NCBI GenBank assembly: GCA_958295895.1
Contig: CATQHI010000008.1
Span: forward strand, 119,663 to 183,662
Direction of reading: 5' to 3'
DNA: 64,000 nt
Source of the DNA: Saprospiraceae bacterium
Lineage (GTDB): Bacteria > Bacteroidota > Bacteroidia > Chitinophagales > Saprospiraceae
Numbering within the stretch: the stretch's first letter is position 1; each line of letters starts with the position of its first letter. The notes below the pieces were generated by a model. It was not told the origin of the DNA, did no database searches, and worked only from the letters and a program-made list of their open reading frames with translations. Of the stretch, positions 28,612 through 38,697 are shown piece after piece. A program made the position numbers and the translations under genes.

Positions 28612-29765
28612 GCGGGTTGGCCCACCTGCCGATTCTGGCTCGGCACGGAAGCGGGTGCTGCCGCCGTGGTCGTGGCGGCCTCGGTGGCGGCCTCCTCGAT
28701 TTGCCGTTTGGTGCGCTTGATGGTGCGGGCGTGGGCATTGAGCCAGTAGGTAAGTCCTACGGCCGCGGCAATCTCGATGGCTAAAATCAGGTGCAGGTCC
28801 AGGACAGGATCCAGATAGAGGGCCAGGCTGATAAAAAACAAGTTCACCAGCGCCAGCACAAATGTCGCCTGGATGTGGCTGAAGTCAGAATCAATGAGCA
28901 GGTGATGAATGTGCCGCCGGTCGGGCTTCATCGGGCTCACGCCCCGCAGTGCCCGGGTGACGAACACCCGGATGGTATCGAAGAGCGGAATGATCAGGAT
29001 GCCCACCGCCACGCTGATGGGGTGCTCGAAGCGGTACACCGCCGGGATAGCAGCCGTGGAGCAAATGTCGATGAATTCTACCGTCATCACGCCCAGCAGC
29101 GTACCGATCACCAGGGCCCCGGTATCTCCCATGAAGGTCTTCTGCGTCCTGGAGATATTGTAGTAAAGAAACGCCAGCAAGCCCCCCGCCGCAGCTAGGG
29201 CCAGGATGCCCAGGTGCGCCATACCCACTACGAAAAACCAGGTGCCGAAGCTCAGCATGGCGATGATGCCTACCGTACCGGCTAGCCCATCAATGCCATC
29301 GATGAGGTTGAAGGCATTACTGATGACCAGCAGGGTGAATACACTAAAGGTGATCGAGAGCCAGTACGGCAGGGTACCCGAGATGTAAAAGAGGTCGTAA
29401 AGGCCCTCCAGCCGCACCTCGCCCCGGGTGACCAAAATGGCAATGGCGATCATCAACCCGGCGGTTTTTTTGCCCGCGCTGAGCTCGGTGATATCGTCCT
29501 TAGTCCCAATCATGAACACAATAACGAGGGCGCTGAGGATGTACTGTAGACTATCCCACTCGCCGATCGGAGTAAGCAGCAGCGAGCAGAAGAGTATACC
29601 CAGAAAGATCGGGATACCCCCCAGGCAGGGAGTGATGATGTCGTGACTGCTCCGCGCTTCGGGGTGTGCCACTAGCTTTTTTTCGATGGCGATCTTGATC
29701 ACGTTGGGCATGATCGCAAACACAAGGGCAAAAGAAATGAGGAAGCTGAGTATAAATTCGAACAT
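28608..29765 (-). CDS. Glycosyltransferase family 4 polyprenyl-phosphate sugar-1-phosphate transferase (WecA/MraY family)
   Basis: 385 aa, polytopic membrane protein. NAFNLIDGIDGLA and FMGDTGALVIG motifs are typical of the MraY/WecA family. Confidence 0.85.
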   Translation of the reverse strand: MFEFILSFLISFALVFAIMPNVIKIAIEKKLVAHPEARSSHDIITPCLGGIPIFLGILFCSLLLTPIGEWDSLQYILSALVIVFMIGTKDDITELSAGKKTAGLMIAIAILVTRGEVRLEGLYDLFYISGTLPYWLSITFSVFTLLVISNAFNLIDGIDGLAGTVGIIAMLSFGTWFFVVGMAHLGILALAAAGGLLAFLYYNISRTQKTFMGDTGALVIGTLLGVMTVEFIDICSTAAIPAVYRFEHPISVAVGILIIPLFDTIRVFVTRALRGVSPMKPDRRHIHHLLIDSDFSHIQATFVLALVNLFFISLALYLDPVLDLHLILAIEIAAAVGLTYWLNAHARTIKRTKRQIEEAATEAATTTAAAPASVPSQNRQVGQPA

Positions 29766-29883
29766 ACACGTGGGCTTGGTGGGAGTAAGTCGGGCAACGT
29801 AAGGACTAACAAATTTACCTCTGAAGCTATTGCTCTGGTATTACCTCAGGGTTAATTTTCGCAAAGATACGCCTGCCGCTAAC

Positions 29884-30651
29884 TTATGAATCGAGCCGGC
29901 ACCAGCTTGTTCGAGTATACTGTACCCGTGTCAAAAATAATCCGCAGGCCGGCACACTCAGGGGTCGCGGTAGCCGCTCCTGCCGGTCCAGTGCCCGGCG
30001 CACCTCGTCGGCCCGGAGTCGCCCGGTACCCATCTGCAGACACATGCCCACGATGAGCCGCACCATGCCCCGCAAAAAGCGGTCGGCACTGACCCGGTAG
30101 CACAGCTCTTCCACCCCGAAGTCCCATCGGCTCTCCGTCAGCGTACACCGCATGGTGTAGGCATCCGAGTTCGTCTTACAGAAGGGGGCAAATTCGTCAT
30201 AGGTAAGGAGCAGTGCGGCGGCCTCCTGCATCCGTTCCCGATTCAGGTCACGTAGCTGCGGTAGCCAGGCCACCGTATCGGGCCGGAATGGGTCCTTCGC
30301 ATGACTGATGCAGTAGCGGTAGCTGCGCTGCGTAGCGGAAAAGCGCGCGTGTACGTCCGTTGGCACTTCGTACAGGCCCCGTAGCGCGATATCATCGGGC
30401 AGGTAGCGATTGAGCCGGCCGAGCAGCCGCGGCGGCAACTCCCCCCCGAAGTCGAAGTGGGCGGCGTAGTCACTAGCGTGCACCCCGGCATCCGTCCTGC
30501 CGCAGCCCACCAGCTTGATCGGCGCCCCCAGTACAGTGCTCAGGGCCGTGTCGATCGTCTCCTCCACGGAGCGGGCGTTGGGCTGCCGCTGCCACCCGGC
30601 GTAGGCCGTTCCCCGGTAGGCGAGTTCCAGCATGTAGCGGACCTCACTCAC
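29884..30651 (-). CDS. truA: tRNA pseudouridine(38-40) synthase
   Basis: 255 aa. YRGTAYAGWQRQ, the catalytic GCGRTDAGVHA motif and RFLRGMVR are characteristic of TruA. Confidence 0.9.
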   Translation of the reverse strand: MSEVRYMLELAYRGTAYAGWQRQPNARSVEETIDTALSTVLGAPIKLVGCGRTDAGVHASDYAAHFDFGGELPPRLLGRLNRYLPDDIALRGLYEVPTDVHARFSATQRSYRYCISHAKDPFRPDTVAWLPQLRDLNRERMQEAAALLLTYDEFAPFCKTNSDAYTMRCTLTESRWDFGVEELCYRVSADRFLRGMVRLIVGMCLQMGTGRLRADEVRRALDRQERLPRPLSVPACGLFLTRVQYTRTSWCRLDS

Positions 30652-31337
30652 AGCAGCGCCCGTTTTTTCGACTGGGTCACGAAGGGCGGGTTCAGGTAGA
30701 ACGGTTCGTAGGCGGCAACGGGTGGGCGGCGGCGCGCAGGTGCAAGCAGTAGGGAGGCGCTACAGGCGTAGGGCCCGGAAAAGCTAAAGGCATTATCCAC
30801 CGGATCGAGCGCCTCGCGCAGTCGCTGCTGACCGGGTCCACACACCAGCATCCGACCCAGTCCCTCGCCCCCCAGCAGTCGTCCGCGCCAGGTCGGATCG
30901 GTGAGGCGCACGTTCATCACCCCGCTGCGGGCCTCCGGCCGGGCCGTGGCGGTAAACACCTGTCCGTACACTTCCCCCCGGCGGGAGGTGATGGTGGCCA
31001 GGATATGGTCCTTTCCCGCCGTATCGCGGGCCGCGTAGGCCAGGGCCGTAAGTGTGGGGACTACCGAAAAGTCCAGTTCGGGCAGCGCCATACATAATCC
31101 TTTGACGGTAGCGGCTCCGACGCGCAGGCTGGTGTAACTGCCCGGCCCGTCGCTGAGTACGATTTCGGTAAGCCGGTCCATACCGATACCCGCTTCGCGT
31201 ACCGCCTGCTGGATAAATAGCGTGAGGTGACTGGCGTGCTGGTGCACTTCGGTCGCCGTGACCTCCGCCAGGATCTTTCCTGCGTACGCCACGGCGACCG
31301 AGCATACGTCGGTGGCGGTTTCCAGCAGTAACTCCAT
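30648..31337 (-). CDS. tsaB: tRNA t6A biosynthesis protein TsaB
   Basis: 229 aa. The N-terminus LLLETATDVCSVAV and the GPGSYTSLRVG motif match the TsaB/YeaZ family. The stop overlaps the truA start. Confidence 0.85.
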   Translation of the reverse strand: MELLLETATDVCSVAVAYAGKILAEVTATEVHQHASHLTLFIQQAVREAGIGMDRLTEIVLSDGPGSYTSLRVGAATVKGLCMALPELDFSVVPTLTALAYAARDTAGKDHILATITSRRGEVYGQVFTATARPEARSGVMNVRLTDPTWRGRLLGGEGLGRMLVCGPGQQRLREALDPVDNAFSFSGPYACSASLLLAPARRRPPVAAYEPFYLNPPFVTQSKKRALL

Positions 31338-31663
31338 CAGTCGAATAGTTCGGTGGGCGACCAGAATACGGTGGCAAAGTCCCGTACCGTGGCATCCACC
31401 ACGGCTACCCCCTCGGCCTCCAGGCGCTCCTGCATCAGGGTGGGGGTGGCGAAGTGGTTGCGTCCGCTCAATTCCCCCCGACGGTTGACCACCCGGTGGG
31501 CGGGTACGTCATCGGCAACGGTGAGGCACTGAAACAAGGCCCAACCCACCATGCGGGCGCTGCCCAGGGTGAGGTAATCGGCAATAGCCCCGTAGGTCGT
31601 GACGCGGCCGGGGGGAATGAGGCGGGTCACGTCGTGTACGTCGGCGATGTACGGTGCGGCCAA
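31337..31663 (-). CDS. Alkyltransferase-like (ATL) protein, MGMT DNA-binding domain without catalytic Cys
   Basis: 108 aa. IPPGRVTTYGAIA matches the MGMT fold, and the active-site motif reads PAHRVV instead of PCHRV. Confidence 0.75.
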   Translation of the reverse strand: MAAPYIADVHDVTRLIPPGRVTTYGAIADYLTLGSARMVGWALFQCLTVADDVPAHRVVNRRGELSGRNHFATPTLMQERLEAEGVAVVDATVRDFATVFWSPTELFD

Positions 31664-31666
31664 GGA

Positions 31667-32329
31667 CTAACGGTGAATCTCGCGCGCCATCTGCTTATCG
31701 CGGGCGGATCTGGGCAGCGTGCCGAATACGTAGTCCCACAGCGGCTGGCTTACCCCGAATAGCACCTCGTCCTCACTGTAGTGATGGATGGAGTGGTTGA
31801 CCCAGAGCGCGCGCAGAAAATTGCGGGGTGGGGCATAAATGTGCACCGTATAGTGTACCATGAGGTAGAGGGCGTAGCCGACTACGAAGCCCGCCAGGTA
31901 GGAGAAGGCGTACTGTCCCAGTACCAGTTCGAACACAAAGAGCAGGCTGGTAGCCAGGGCGATGGCGACCAGGGGGGGCATGGCCAGACGACGCTTGTCC
32001 TTGGGATAGTCGTGGTGCATACCGTGTAGCTTGTAGGTGGCCTGCCTATAGGCCTCCGACGCCCCGTGGGGCGGGTGGTATACCCAGCGGTGTACGGCAT
32101 ACTCCATGAAGGTAAAGCCCAGGGTGCCGACCAGGAAGACGAGCACGACGATCAGGGTAGGGATATCGGTTTTTACCTCGGTGTACCAGAGTAACCCGGT
32201 GGCGTAGACGAAAAAAATCACGATCGGGGTAGCGATGTGCGTCTGCGACAGCCGGTTCAACAGCTTATTTTCGAACATTGGCGGAGCCTGCTCCGCGTTC
32301 GATTTGAATTTTTGGGTGCGCGTCGTCAT
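31667..32329 (-). CDS. Fatty acid hydroxylase / sterol desaturase superfamily membrane protein
   Basis: 220 aa with His boxes HRWVYH, HGMHH and HSIHHY on a 4-TM scaffold. Confidence 0.75.
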   Translation of the reverse strand: MTTRTQKFKSNAEQAPPMFENKLLNRLSQTHIATPIVIFFVYATGLLWYTEVKTDIPTLIVVLVFLVGTLGFTFMEYAVHRWVYHPPHGASEAYRQATYKLHGMHHDYPKDKRRLAMPPLVAIALATSLLFVFELVLGQYAFSYLAGFVVGYALYLMVHYTVHIYAPPRNFLRALWVNHSIHHYSEDEVLFGVSQPLWDYVFGTLPRSARDKQMAREIHR

Positions 32330-32333
32330 AGGG

Positions 32334-33419
32334 TTAGACTAGGTTGAAGCGTTTTTTGATCTTGCGCCCGTACATCCGCTTATACACCCGGTACATTCGT
32401 TGCAGGTGCTTGACGCTGTAAGTCGCCGGCTCCCCGTTTGGTTTTAGGTAACCCTGTTCTTGCATCCAGGCATCGTTAAAGACCTTACCCAGGTACTTGC
32501 TGCCGTGGTCGGGAAACAACACAACGACGACGTCCTCCGGAGTGAGTTGCTTACGGATGGAGAAAACGGCCTCCAGGGCCGCTCCGCTACTGTAGCCCAG
32601 CAACAACCCCTCGCGCTGCGCCAGCTCCCGTACCCGCAGGGCCGCCGCCCGGTCGCCTACCTTAATGAACTCATCGATGAGGTCGAAGGCCACGTTGTCC
32701 GGGATGATGGTCTTACCGAGCCCCTCCACCTTCCAGCTGAAGATCTCGTCGGGGTCAAAAACGCCCGTTTGCCAGTATTTCTTCAGTACCGAGCCGTAGG
32801 CATCCACCCCTACAACCGTTACGTCAGGATTTTGCTCCTTGAGGTAGCGGGCCGTGCCGGAAAGCGTGCCCCCGGTGCCGGCGCAGCAGACGTAGTGGGT
32901 GATCTTGCCCTCGGTATCCTTCCAGATTTCGGGGCCGGTAGAATGGTAGTGCGCCCCGCTGTTATCCAGGTTCCAATTCTGGCGCAGGTAGAAACTGTTG
33001 GGAATGGTACCGGCTAGCTCCTCGGCGCGGCTGTAGTAGGACTCCGGGTCCTCAGGTGCGGCGTCCTTAGGGCAGAGGACGATTTTTGCTCCCAGGGCGG
33101 TCAGGAGCGCCTGCTTTTCCGGCCCCGCCTTATCCGTCAGGGTCAGGATGCACTTATAGCCCTTGATGGCCGCGATCATGGCGATGCTGAAGCCGGTATT
33201 GCCGCTGGTGGCCTCGATGAGGGTAGCCCCGGGTTGGATGCGCCCCTTGCGCTCCGCTTGCTCGATCATGTACAGGGCGGCGCGATCCTTGGCCGACTGC
33301 CCCGGGTTCATCGATTCCATCTTGCCGTACACGGCGGCCGGGATGCGACTGCCGCAAATGCGGTCGAGTCGGATTAGCGGCGTATTCCCGATGGCTTGTA
33401 GGACACTGTCGTAGTGCAT
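32334..33419 (-). CDS. PLP-dependent cysteine synthase / cystathionine beta-synthase family enzyme
   Basis: 361 aa. NPGQSAKDRAA (PLP lysine), TSGNTGFSIA and GTGGTLSG motifs match the CysK/CBS fold type II. Confidence 0.85.
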   Translation of the reverse strand: MHYDSVLQAIGNTPLIRLDRICGSRIPAAVYGKMESMNPGQSAKDRAALYMIEQAERKGRIQPGATLIEATSGNTGFSIAMIAAIKGYKCILTLTDKAGPEKQALLTALGAKIVLCPKDAAPEDPESYYSRAEELAGTIPNSFYLRQNWNLDNSGAHYHSTGPEIWKDTEGKITHYVCCAGTGGTLSGTARYLKEQNPDVTVVGVDAYGSVLKKYWQTGVFDPDEIFSWKVEGLGKTIIPDNVAFDLIDEFIKVGDRAAALRVRELAQREGLLLGYSSGAALEAVFSIRKQLTPEDVVVVLFPDHGSKYLGKVFNDAWMQEQGYLKPNGEPATYSVKHLQRMYRVYKRMYGRKIKKRFNLV

Positions 33420-33545
33420 AAAGGGGCAGGGGGTTTAGCGAGTGGGTCCAGCAAAGTTAGTAGCTGGGGGCTTAACGTGGCAACCGGGCCGGGGGTTGGT
33501 TCTCTATCTTACGCCCCCACTCACCCAAACACCCCCAAAGGACGA

Positions 33546-33971
33546 ATGGCTAAATTTCGGGTCACCCTCAAGGCTAGACTTGTTCTCGAAGATCGCGGAC
33601 GCATCCTACTACTGAAACAAACCAAGCCCAACGGCGGCAACTACAGCCTCATCGGTGGTACCATCGAGCGGCAGGAGTACGCCGCCGAAACCCTCATTCG
33701 CGAAAGCTATGAGGAGGCCGGGGTAGAACTCACCCGCGCCGACCTGACCCTGGTCCACACCCTGCATAAACGCTACAAACGCGCCCACCGCATCGTGCTT
33801 TACTTCCGGGCCCACCACTACGAGGGGCAGATCCGCAGCCGCGAGCGCGACAAATTCGAGAACGTAGCCTGGCATCCCTACGATGCCCTGCCCCCCAACC
33901 TGACCCCCACCGTGCGCCACGTGCTACAGGAGTACCGCCGCGGCCGCATCTACTCCGAAATGGAGAAGTAG
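33546..33971 (+). CDS. NUDIX hydrolase
   Basis: ATG 33546 (MAKFRV...). The Nudix box is GGTIERQEYAAETLIRESYEEAGV. Confidence 0.8.
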   Translation: MAKFRVTLKARLVLEDRGRILLLKQTKPNGGNYSLIGGTIERQEYAAETLIRESYEEAGVELTRADLTLVHTLHKRYKRAHRIVLYFRAHHYEGQIRSRERDKFENVAWHPYDALPPNLTPTVRHVLQEYRRGRIYSEMEK

Positions 33972-34040
33972 CCGGGCCTACCCTATATTTGTGGCGCAAA
34001 GAATAGCTTCCCTTCCGGTCCTCAGTCTTACTACCGGAAC

Positions 34041-34763
34041 ATGACCAAGCCTCCCTACCCGCCACCGGCCCTACGCATCTGCGACCTGGCCGAAGACGAG
34101 CAGCCCCGCGAAAAACTCCTGGCCCGCGGCCCCCGCGCCCTCACCGACGCCGAGGTGCTCGCCATCCTGATCCGCAACGGTACCCGGGGTACCTCCGCCC
34201 TCGATCTGGCCCGCCGGGTCCTGCTCTCTACCGGTCACGACCTGCACGAACTCGCCCGCCGTGAGGTACAGGACCTTACCCGCATCAACGGCATGGGTAA
34301 GGTAAAGGCCATGCAACTCATTGCCGCCCTGGAGCTGGGCCGCCGCCGCGAGGCCGCCCCGTCCCGTTCCTCCCCCACCCTGGCCAATAGTGAGGCCTGC
34401 TTTCGCTACCTGCGCCCCCTGCTCGGCGATCTCTACCACGAGGAGTTTCACCTACTGTGCCTCAACCGCGCCAACCGACTCCTGGGTGCTCACCTGATCA
34501 GCCGCGGCGGCACCACGGGCACGGTGGCCGATGCCAAGACCATCTTCCGCACCGCCCTTCAGCACGGTAGCGTCACCTCCCTGGTGCTGGCCCACAATCA
34601 TCCCAGCGGACAGGCCCAGCCCAGCAGTGCGGATATCCGGCTGACCAGCAAACTGAGTCGCGGTGCCCGCGACCTGGACCTGCACGTCATCGACCACCTC
34701 ATCGTGGCCGGTCACCGCTACTACAGCTTTGCCGACCACCAGCTACTGGAGCGGGCGGAATGA
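34041..34763 (+). CDS. radC: RadC-family (JAB/MPN domain) protein
   Basis: 240 aa. It has an N-terminal HhH region (LTDAEVLAILIRNGT) and a C-terminal JAMM motif LAHNHPSGQAQPSSADI. Confidence 0.85.
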   Translation: MTKPPYPPPALRICDLAEDEQPREKLLARGPRALTDAEVLAILIRNGTRGTSALDLARRVLLSTGHDLHELARREVQDLTRINGMGKVKAMQLIAALELGRRREAAPSRSSPTLANSEACFRYLRPLLGDLYHEEFHLLCLNRANRLLGAHLISRGGTTGTVADAKTIFRTALQHGSVTSLVLAHNHPSGQAQPSSADIRLTSKLSRGARDLDLHVIDHLIVAGHRYYSFADHQLLERAE

Positions 34764-34849
34764 CAAAGGAGGAGATGACATATCTTCGCGCTTCCTTAAC
34801 CAGATCCGGCTGCCGTGCTTACATTGGCCGCAGCGACAAACGCACCCCC

Positions 34850-35410
34850 ATGGCCTCTACGTCCGATATCCGCAACGGATTCACCTTCCGCCACAACCAC
34901 GACATCTACAGCGTGGTCGAGTTTCAGCACGTCAAGCCCGGCAAGGGAGCCGCCTTCGTGCGCACCAAGATCAAGAGCCTGAGCACGGGCCGGGTACTGA
35001 GTGAGACCTTCCCCTCCGGCCATAAGGTCGATGAGGTACGCGTGGAACGCCATAAGATGCAGTACCTCTACAAGGATGACATGGGCTACCACTTCATGAA
35101 CACCGAGACCTACGAGCAGGCGCGTATCCGCGAGGAGCTGATCGAAAACCCGGGCTTCCTGCGCGAGGGTGATACCATCGAGGTGCTCTACAATACGGAG
35201 GACAATACGGCCCTGACGGTCGATCTGCCGCAGTACATCGAAATGGAAATTACCTATACCGAACCCGGCATCAAGGGCGATACGGCCACCAACACCCTCA
35301 AACCGGCCACCATCGAAACGGGTGCCGAGGTGCGGGTACCCCTCTTCGTCGGCACCGGCGACCGGATCAAGATCGACACCCGCAGCGGCGCTTACGTAAG
35401 CCGTGTATAA
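34850..35410 (+). CDS. efp: Translation elongation factor P
   Basis: ATG 34850 (MASTSDIRNG...). VEFQHVKPGKGAAFVRTKIKSL is the canonical EF-P loop region. Confidence 0.95.
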   Translation: MASTSDIRNGFTFRHNHDIYSVVEFQHVKPGKGAAFVRTKIKSLSTGRVLSETFPSGHKVDEVRVERHKMQYLYKDDMGYHFMNTETYEQARIREELIENPGFLREGDTIEVLYNTEDNTALTVDLPQYIEMEITYTEPGIKGDTATNTLKPATIETGAEVRVPLFVGTGDRIKIDTRSGAYVSRV

Positions 35411-35422
35411 CTACCCCCACGC

Positions 35423-35972
35423 ATGACGCTAAAAGACCATCCAGGAGCTAATCAAGCTGGTCGCCAAAACCGAGATTACGGAGTTTAAGTACAAGGACGC
35501 CGAGGTGGCCGTGCACATTCGCGGCAAGTCCTACGTGCCCCCCAGTAGCGGCAGACTAGCCACTACGGCAGCCCCCTCCATCATCAACGTGCCCGCCGCG
35601 GCCCCGGCCATTGCCCCGGCCTTTTCCGCCGCACCCGCGTCCCCGCCCGCTGCTGCCGCACCCGCCGCTGCCACCACCGGCGGCGCTCATGCCGATGCGG
35701 GAGGCACGAGTGGCCAGGAAGATAGTGGCAAGCTCGTGCAGATTAAATCGCCCATGATCGGCACCTTCTACCGCTCTTCCTCGCCGGACAAGCCGGTGTA
35801 CGTGAAGGTGGGTGACCGCGTTGCCAAGGGGGATACGGTCTGTGTTGTGGAGGCCATGAAACTCTTCAATGAGATCGAGTCGGAAGTAGCCGGCAAAATC
35901 GTCAAGGTGCTCGTGGAGGACGCCCAGCCCATCGAGTACGATCAGCCGCTATTTTTGGTAGACCCCGCATAA
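35423..35972 (+). pseudogene. accB: Biotin carboxyl carrier protein of acetyl-CoA carboxylase; N-terminal frameshift as sequenced
   Basis: ATG 35423 gives MTLKD. After skipping base 35438 the frame reads [28 protein letters not shown], the conserved BCCP N-terminus. The track ORF begins only at GTG 35505. The C-terminus carries the EAMKLFNEI biotinyl-lysine motif. Confidence 0.8.
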
Positions 35973-35975
35973 GGT

Positions 35976-37328
35976 ATGGCCAAGAAATTCAACAAAGTCC
36001 TGATCGCCAACCGCGGGGAGATCGCCCTGCGCATCATCCGCACTTGCCGCGAGATGGGCATCAAAACGGTGGCCATCTACTCCACGGCCGACCGCGAGAG
36101 CCTGCACGTGCGCTTTGCCGACGAGGCCGTCTGCATCGGACCGCCCGCCTCGGCCGAGAGCTACCTCAACATCCCCCGTATCATGGCCGCCGTGGAGATC
36201 ACGAACGCCGATGCGGTCCACCCCGGCTACGGGTTCCTGAGTGAGAATGCGGACTTCGCCGAGATCTGTACCGATTACGGCGTAAAGTTTATCGGGCCCG
36301 ACCCGGAGCAGATCCGCACCATGGGAGATAAGATCACGGCCAAGGACACCATGATCCGTGCCGGCGTACCCGTGGTGCCCGGCGATGGCACCCTTTTGAA
36401 GAGCGCCGAGGACGGTATGGAGCGCGCCGAACGAATGGGCTACCCCGTCATGATCAAAGCCACGGCCGGCGGCGGGGGCAAGGGGATGCGCATCGTGACC
36501 CGTAAGGAGGACTTCGTCGATCTATGGGACAGTGCCAGAAAGGAGGCCAAGGCCAGCTTCGGTAACGACGGCATCTACATGGAAAAGTACATCACCCAGC
36601 CGCGCCACATCGAGATCCAGGTGATCGGTGACCAGTACGGCACGGTGGTACACCTGAGCGAGCGCGACTGCTCCGTGCAGCGCCGCCACCAGAAACTGCT
36701 GGAGGAGTGCCCCAGCCCCTTCATGACCGATGAGCTCCGCGACCGCATGGGCCGGGCAGCCATCGAGGCCGGTAAGGCCATCAGCTACGAGGGCGTAGGT
36801 ACGGTAGAGTTTCTGGTCGATGCCGACCGTAACTTCTATTTCATGGAGATGAATACCCGCATCCAGGTGGAACACCCGGTGACCGAGGAGAGCATCGACC
36901 ACGACCTGATCAAGGAGCAGATTAAGGTAGCCTACGGCGAGGAGCTTTCGGGTAAGAACTACTTCCCCAAGGGCCACGTCATCGAGTGCCGCATCAATGC
37001 CGAGGACCCCTGGAACGGTTTTCGGCCCAGTCCGGGTAAGATCACCAGCTTCCACAGTTCTAAGGGTCATGGCGTGCGGGTCGATACCCACGTCTACGCC
37101 GGCTACACCGTAAGCCCCTACTACGACAGCATGATCGCTAAACTGATCGTCCGTGCGCCCACCCGCGCCGAGGCCATCACCAAGATGGAACGGGCCCTGG
37201 ATGAATTTATCATCGAGGGCATTAAGACCACCGTGCCCTTTCACCAGTGGCTACTGCGGCAGGAGGACTTCCGTGACGGCAACTTCGATACCGGTTGGCT
37301 GAGCAAGCAGGAGTTGCCCACCAAGTAG
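35976..37328 (+). CDS. accC: Acetyl-CoA carboxylase biotin carboxylase subunit
   Basis: 450 aa. [23 protein letters not shown], the ATP-grasp motifs [10 protein letters not shown] and [14 protein letters not shown] match AccC. Confidence 0.95.
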   Translation: MAKKFNKVLIANRGEIALRIIRTCREMGIKTVAIYSTADRESLHVRFADEAVCIGPPASAESYLNIPRIMAAVEITNADAVHPGYGFLSENADFAEICTDYGVKFIGPDPEQIRTMGDKITAKDTMIRAGVPVVPGDGTLLKSAEDGMERAERMGYPVMIKATAGGGGKGMRIVTRKEDFVDLWDSARKEAKASFGNDGIYMEKYITQPRHIEIQVIGDQYGTVVHLSERDCSVQRRHQKLLEECPSPFMTDELRDRMGRAAIEAGKAISYEGVGTVEFLVDADRNFYFMEMNTRIQVEHPVTEESIDHDLIKEQIKVAYGEELSGKNYFPKGHVIECRINAEDPWNGFRPSPGKITSFHSSKGHGVRVDTHVYAGYTVSPYYDSMIAKLIVRAPTRAEAITKMERALDEFIIEGIKTTVPFHQWLLRQEDFRDGNFDTGWLSKQELPTK

Positions 37329-37334
37329 GTCGGC

Positions 37335-37589
37335 CTACACCCCCCACCAGCCGAAGTACTCGCACACCCGGTAGATGAGGTAGCTCACTGCGATCACTCC
37401 GGTGAGCCAGCCGATCAGCTCTCCCACCAGCTGCCCGGAGAACGGCCGCTGAATGGATAGCTCCTCCTCCTCACTGACGATGACCGGCTCCGGAATGCCA
37501 TCAAAGAGCATACCGATGGGATCGGGGCGGGGCCCCTTCCCAGTCCGCCGCTGTTCCGGCCAGTCGTCGAGAAGATCGTCGTGCATCAC
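37335..37589 (-). CDS. Small tail-anchored membrane protein (hypothetical)
   Basis: 84 aa with an acidic N-terminus and one C-terminal TM helix. It starts immediately after the stop of the upstream TIM-barrel gene. Confidence 0.4.
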   Translation of the reverse strand: MMHDDLLDDWPEQRRTGKGPRPDPIGMLFDGIPEPVIVSEEEELSIQRPFSGQLVGELIGWLTGVIAVSYLIYRVCEYFGWWGV

Positions 37590-38539
37590 TTACACCATAC
37601 TGCCGGCGCGGCGCAGCAGTTCGATGGTGGCGCGGATTCCGGCCTCGGGGGTCATGCTATCGCCTTCGTACTCGATGCCCATCCAGCCCCGGTAGCCGGC
37701 CTCCTTGATGATTTTGAGCATGCGTACGTAGTCGGTGTGCAGCTCCGTACCGTCGTCGGCAAAGTCATACGTTTTGGCGGAAACAGCCTTGGCGTAGGGC
37801 ATCATTTCCCTGACGCCCTTGTAGCGGTCGTATTCTTTGGCGCAGCCATCGGACGAACGCTCCAGGCAGAAATTACCGAAGTCGGGCAGGGTGCCGCAGT
37901 TATCCATGCCGGTGGCGGCGATCACGTCGGCCAGCCACTTACCGTCGCTGCTGTAGCCGCCGTGGTTTTCGACGATGACGTTGAGACCGGCCTGCTGCCC
38001 GTATTCACTCAGGCGGGCCAGGCCGTCGGCGGCAGCGGCGGCTACTTCCTCGCGGCTGCCCTGTCCGGCGGCATTGACGCGGATGCTGTGGCAGCCGAGG
38101 TACTTGGCCGCGTCAATCCACTTGTAGTGGTTTTCTACGGCGGTGCTACGCTCCGCATCATCCGGTGCGCCCAGATTGCCTTCCCGGTCAATCATGATCA
38201 GCAGGGAGCGTACGCCGTTGTCCTCGGCCCGCTGCTTCATCTGGGCTAGGTAGGCCTGGTCGGTGGCTTTGTCCTGGAAAAAACTGGTTGACGTACTCGA
38301 TGCCGCCCAGGCCGTAGGTCTCGCGGGTAATGCGGGCGAAGTCGAGGTTATCGAGCTCTCCGGAAAAGAAGGCCTTATTGAGGCTCCACTGCGCCAGGCT
38401 GATATCGAACCAGAGGTCGCCCTCGGGTGCAGTGGAGGCGGTGCTCACGGTATTTTTTTTTGCCCGTTGGGGTACAACCGGTGAGGGCGGCGGCGGCGGC
38501 AAAAACACCGGTAGCGTGGAGGAAGGTTCTACGTTGCAT
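37590..38539 (-). pseudogene. Exported sugar phosphate isomerase/epimerase (xylose-isomerase-like TIM barrel); two frameshifts as sequenced
   Basis: ATG 38539 encodes a Tat/lipoprotein-type signal MQRRTFLHATGVFAAAAALTGC. The frame breaks at the T9 run 38453-38461, and again at ggaaaaaa 38276-38283 (EYVNQFF|[21 protein letters not shown]). The rest is ORF 37590-38240. Confidence 0.75.
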
Positions 38540-38697
38540 AGTGATCGACTTACTTCAGGGAAGTGTAGCGGGCAGTTTGCTTAGCCCGCCGGAAGATAAG
38601 GTAATCAACCGGACCCTCAAAGGTCCGAAGTCCTCGGTTGCCGCCCCTTCTCTACCACCACGTACATTGCACCAGCGACCCCGCCCGTTTACCCACC

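Noticed and set aside
28612-29883. Fluoride riboswitch upstream of crcB.
   Set aside because: The crcB start overlaps the upstream stop codon. By eye I saw nothing resembling the crcB motif in the leader at 29766-29883, but no covariance model was run.
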